In this document: in pieces, positions 61,590 through 64,000 of the stretch
Position numbering within the stretch: position 1 is the stretch's first letter
How the letters are laid out: each line of letters opens with the position of its first letter
Assembly (NCBI GenBank): GCA_045837725.1
Contig: JBEWZL010000077.1
Coordinates: 310,001-374,000, forward strand
Source: Vermamoeba vermiformis
Taxonomy: Eukaryota
DNA: 64,000 nucleotides
Direction: 5' to 3'
Program-made: the position numbers and the translations under genes
The notes under the pieces: generated by a model
Databases searched by the model: none
Told to the model about the DNA's origin: nothing
Seen by the model: only the letters and a program-made list of their open reading frames with translations

Positions 61590-63483
61590 CTAGTACCTCA
61601 ACTTGTCAAAGTAGAACGGATTGTACAAGTAGAGCACTGACTTTGAAATCAAATAAGAGCTCGCTGAGAACGGGAATCGATAGAACATCCACGCTTGCAA
61701 GCCTAAGTACTGCACATTGGCTGCTGTCACGACTCCAAGTTTGGCTTCACCGCTGAAATGTCAAACAGATTAGCACTGCGGTCTATAATATTGTAAGTCA
61801 TATATTAATTATTTACCTTAAATCGTTTGCACGCTCAAGGGCCTTGGGTACTTCACGCTGTTGAACAATAAATAGCTTCAACATGGCGTAGTTGATGCCC
61901 GTTGTAACGAGTGTTTTGAAGCCAACAAGACCCTATGTACGTCATTACTATTACTACATGCATGGGGACTGATTATATTATGAGGTACTTACAGCTGTTG
62001 TCAGACTTAGTGGCAATTTGTTTCGGTAAGCGGCGTAGCTCCATCCAGCAAGAGATGCACCGAACACAACTTGCGTAGCTTTCGTTAAGTACTTTGCATC
62101 GGCCTGAATATAAAAGGTATGCATAAATATATATTATATTGAGCTATATGAATATTTCTTACGCGTTGGTAATTATAATTCCACACTTGCGTCATGTCCC
62201 AATCATTCGAGGCCATGTCGTTGAAATAGACCGTTGATAACATGCCGAAATTAGCCTTATTGTCGTGCAATTTCTTGCTCAAATTGTAATATTTGTCATA
62301 AGTCACTGGATCTTTCTTCAATTCGTCGCGTAATTTCGGGTTGGCCATGTACGATGCCAAAATTAGACCAGTCTTGGTTGGATATGATGTATGAAGTCTA
62401 TCTAAAATATAATACAGCTCTGGTATTCTGCTCAATCGTACGGCACCACTCTCTGTTTGCAACAAATTGCCCATAGATCGGACGACGGATCCAACTTTAT
62501 CAGGAACCTTTTGATCTTTGATTTCTGACTCGCCCATACGATCAGTGTTCTTAAGTATGAGCTCTATCGCACCTTTTTCAATAGCTGCGTGTGCTGCTTC
62601 AGGCACACGAGTAATTTTGTTGAAGAAATCGAGCGTACCCGTCTAAATAAGGAAAGTTTAGTTTTAAATTAACCTAATCGATCAAAATTACGCATAAATT
62701 ATAGTGGATGGTATCATGATTACTTACGTCCCAACGCTTCTGATACTTCAACAACGAAATTGCCAGATCGACTCCACCAACTCGTTTGGCGTGTTCGTAT
62801 GAGATTGGAGACGAGATCAATAGGTAACGCATGTTAGCATCCCAAAGCTCGTTATTATCCTTGGCACTATCAGTCTTCTTTTTTGATCGTGTTTCCGTTT
62901 CGGAAGATGCAGATTTCGAACTTGATTGTGGTAAATTGAGGGCCTTACTAAAGAACGTAACTATTCTAGCTTTGATGTCCTTTTCATCGCCTATCATAAT
63001 AATAAGCAATTAGTGCGCCAACATCAGAAAGATTTCAACCAGCAGATTCGCGATCGGCGGTTGACATTTCGGAAGCTATAATTCAGTAATTACAATATTA
63101 TAACAGTACTTACTCTTCAATGCGTTCAAATCCGTTAATAAATGACGCAAATGAGGCACGGGCTCGATTAAAAACGATGCCACTAAACCTCCAACGACTA
63201 TTCCCAAGCTGCTGCGGGCATTAAGAAAGCGCAAGTACAATTCCTATTATAATGAATAATATTACTATCGGATTATAGCCGCTAATTAATTATAATTTAT
63301 GCATTATAATCTCCGTAGCAATTAAATTCTCCGGATTCGATCGACGGCTTACCTTTTCTTCGTTCACCTAATAAGTATAGCCGGTTAATAATAATATTAT
63401 AAATAAAGATTTAAAAATTTTAGGCTTACCATTCCTTTGAACAGGACTTGATCTTGGAAATGACGAACAGCTTGGCGGAACAT
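61590..63483 (-). CDS. Uncharacterised protein with ARM-like helical region and hydrophobic segments; possible mitochondrial targeting
   Basis: MFRQAVRHF start; GT-AG exons including a 15-nt exon (VNEEK); AAIEKGAIELIL...SMGNL ARM-like segment. Confidence 0.55.
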
Positions 63484-63774
63484 ATTAACAGATGAAAGCC
63501 TCAATAAAACAATGCAGCTCTTGTGCTATTCTATCAATAAAACGTGAAATCAAATAACCAAAACAGTTGTTGTGAATTTAACGTGAGTTATTAAGATTGA
63601 CAGAAACCCGACACAATTTCGATTTGTTGCAAGATTTGTGTGGCCGATCTGCTCAATCTTTACAAGTTTAATATAATAGTAAGTGGCATTAGGCTATTTA
63701 AATGGCAGATTTAAGTTTGAATGTACGGATTGCGCGCTTTTTTGAACGTCGTCTTAGCAATAAAGGTGATTCAT

Positions 63775-64000
63775 TTATTCACTATCATCATCATCGCCAT
63801 CATCGTTATTATTATTGTTGTTATTATTGTTAGAATCTGATGCGTCTGTACCGTCATTCAATTTTCTTCTCTTGCGCGTTCTTTTTCGCTTCTTCTTTTC
63901 GCCCTAAGTTGCAAATTAGCAACAGAATATAATAACTATTAACTAGTAAATAACGTACATCAGTGCTATTTTCATTCTGTTGCTGTGGTTGTTGAGGAGG
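63775..64000 (-). CDS. 3' end of a gene entering from the right edge (basic NLS-like segment, Asn/Asp-rich tail)
   Basis: ...ENSTD|GEKKKRKRTRKRRKLNDG...NNNNDDGDDDDSE*. Confidence 0.6.

Noticed and set aside
1-64000. Transposons, viral insertions, CRISPR arrays, rRNA
   Set aside because: No transposase/RT/integrase motifs, intronless viral-like gene blocks, spaced direct repeats or rRNA sequence were seen.

Overview
Gene-dense, intron-rich eukaryotic DNA. Gene content and intron style (mostly ~45-60 nt GT-AG introns with CTAAC/CTAAT branch points) suggest an amoebozoan protist, but the species cannot be named from sequence alone. About 27 protein-coding genes or fragments are supported, including VPS53, SETD6-like, Derlin, STT3, COX17, THOC5, RRP1, VMP1, a KCR/HSD17B12-type SDR, a Rab7-like GTPase, dynein LC8, alpha-SNAP, a kinesin, a RhoGEF and a TKL kinase, plus one tRNA-Ala(AGC). 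Most notable observations: (1) several larger intergenic gaps hold a GC-richer ~130-480 nt island that folds by eye into nested, G:U-containing helices on one strand, a candidate set of unannotated structured RNAs; (2) one kinase intron nests a tRNA followed by a candidate H/ACA snoRNA; (3) the Rab7-like gene has an AT-AC U12 intron, a 5-nt microexon and a Gln-to-Cys switch-II change; (4) one signalling gene carries a dense intronic cluster of CArG/MADS boxes; (5) a tandem pair of prokaryote-type pRiA4b-ORF3-like Cys-rich genes has introns; (6) several unusual domain fusions. All structures, domain calls and splice models were derived by manual reading; no folding program or database search was run.
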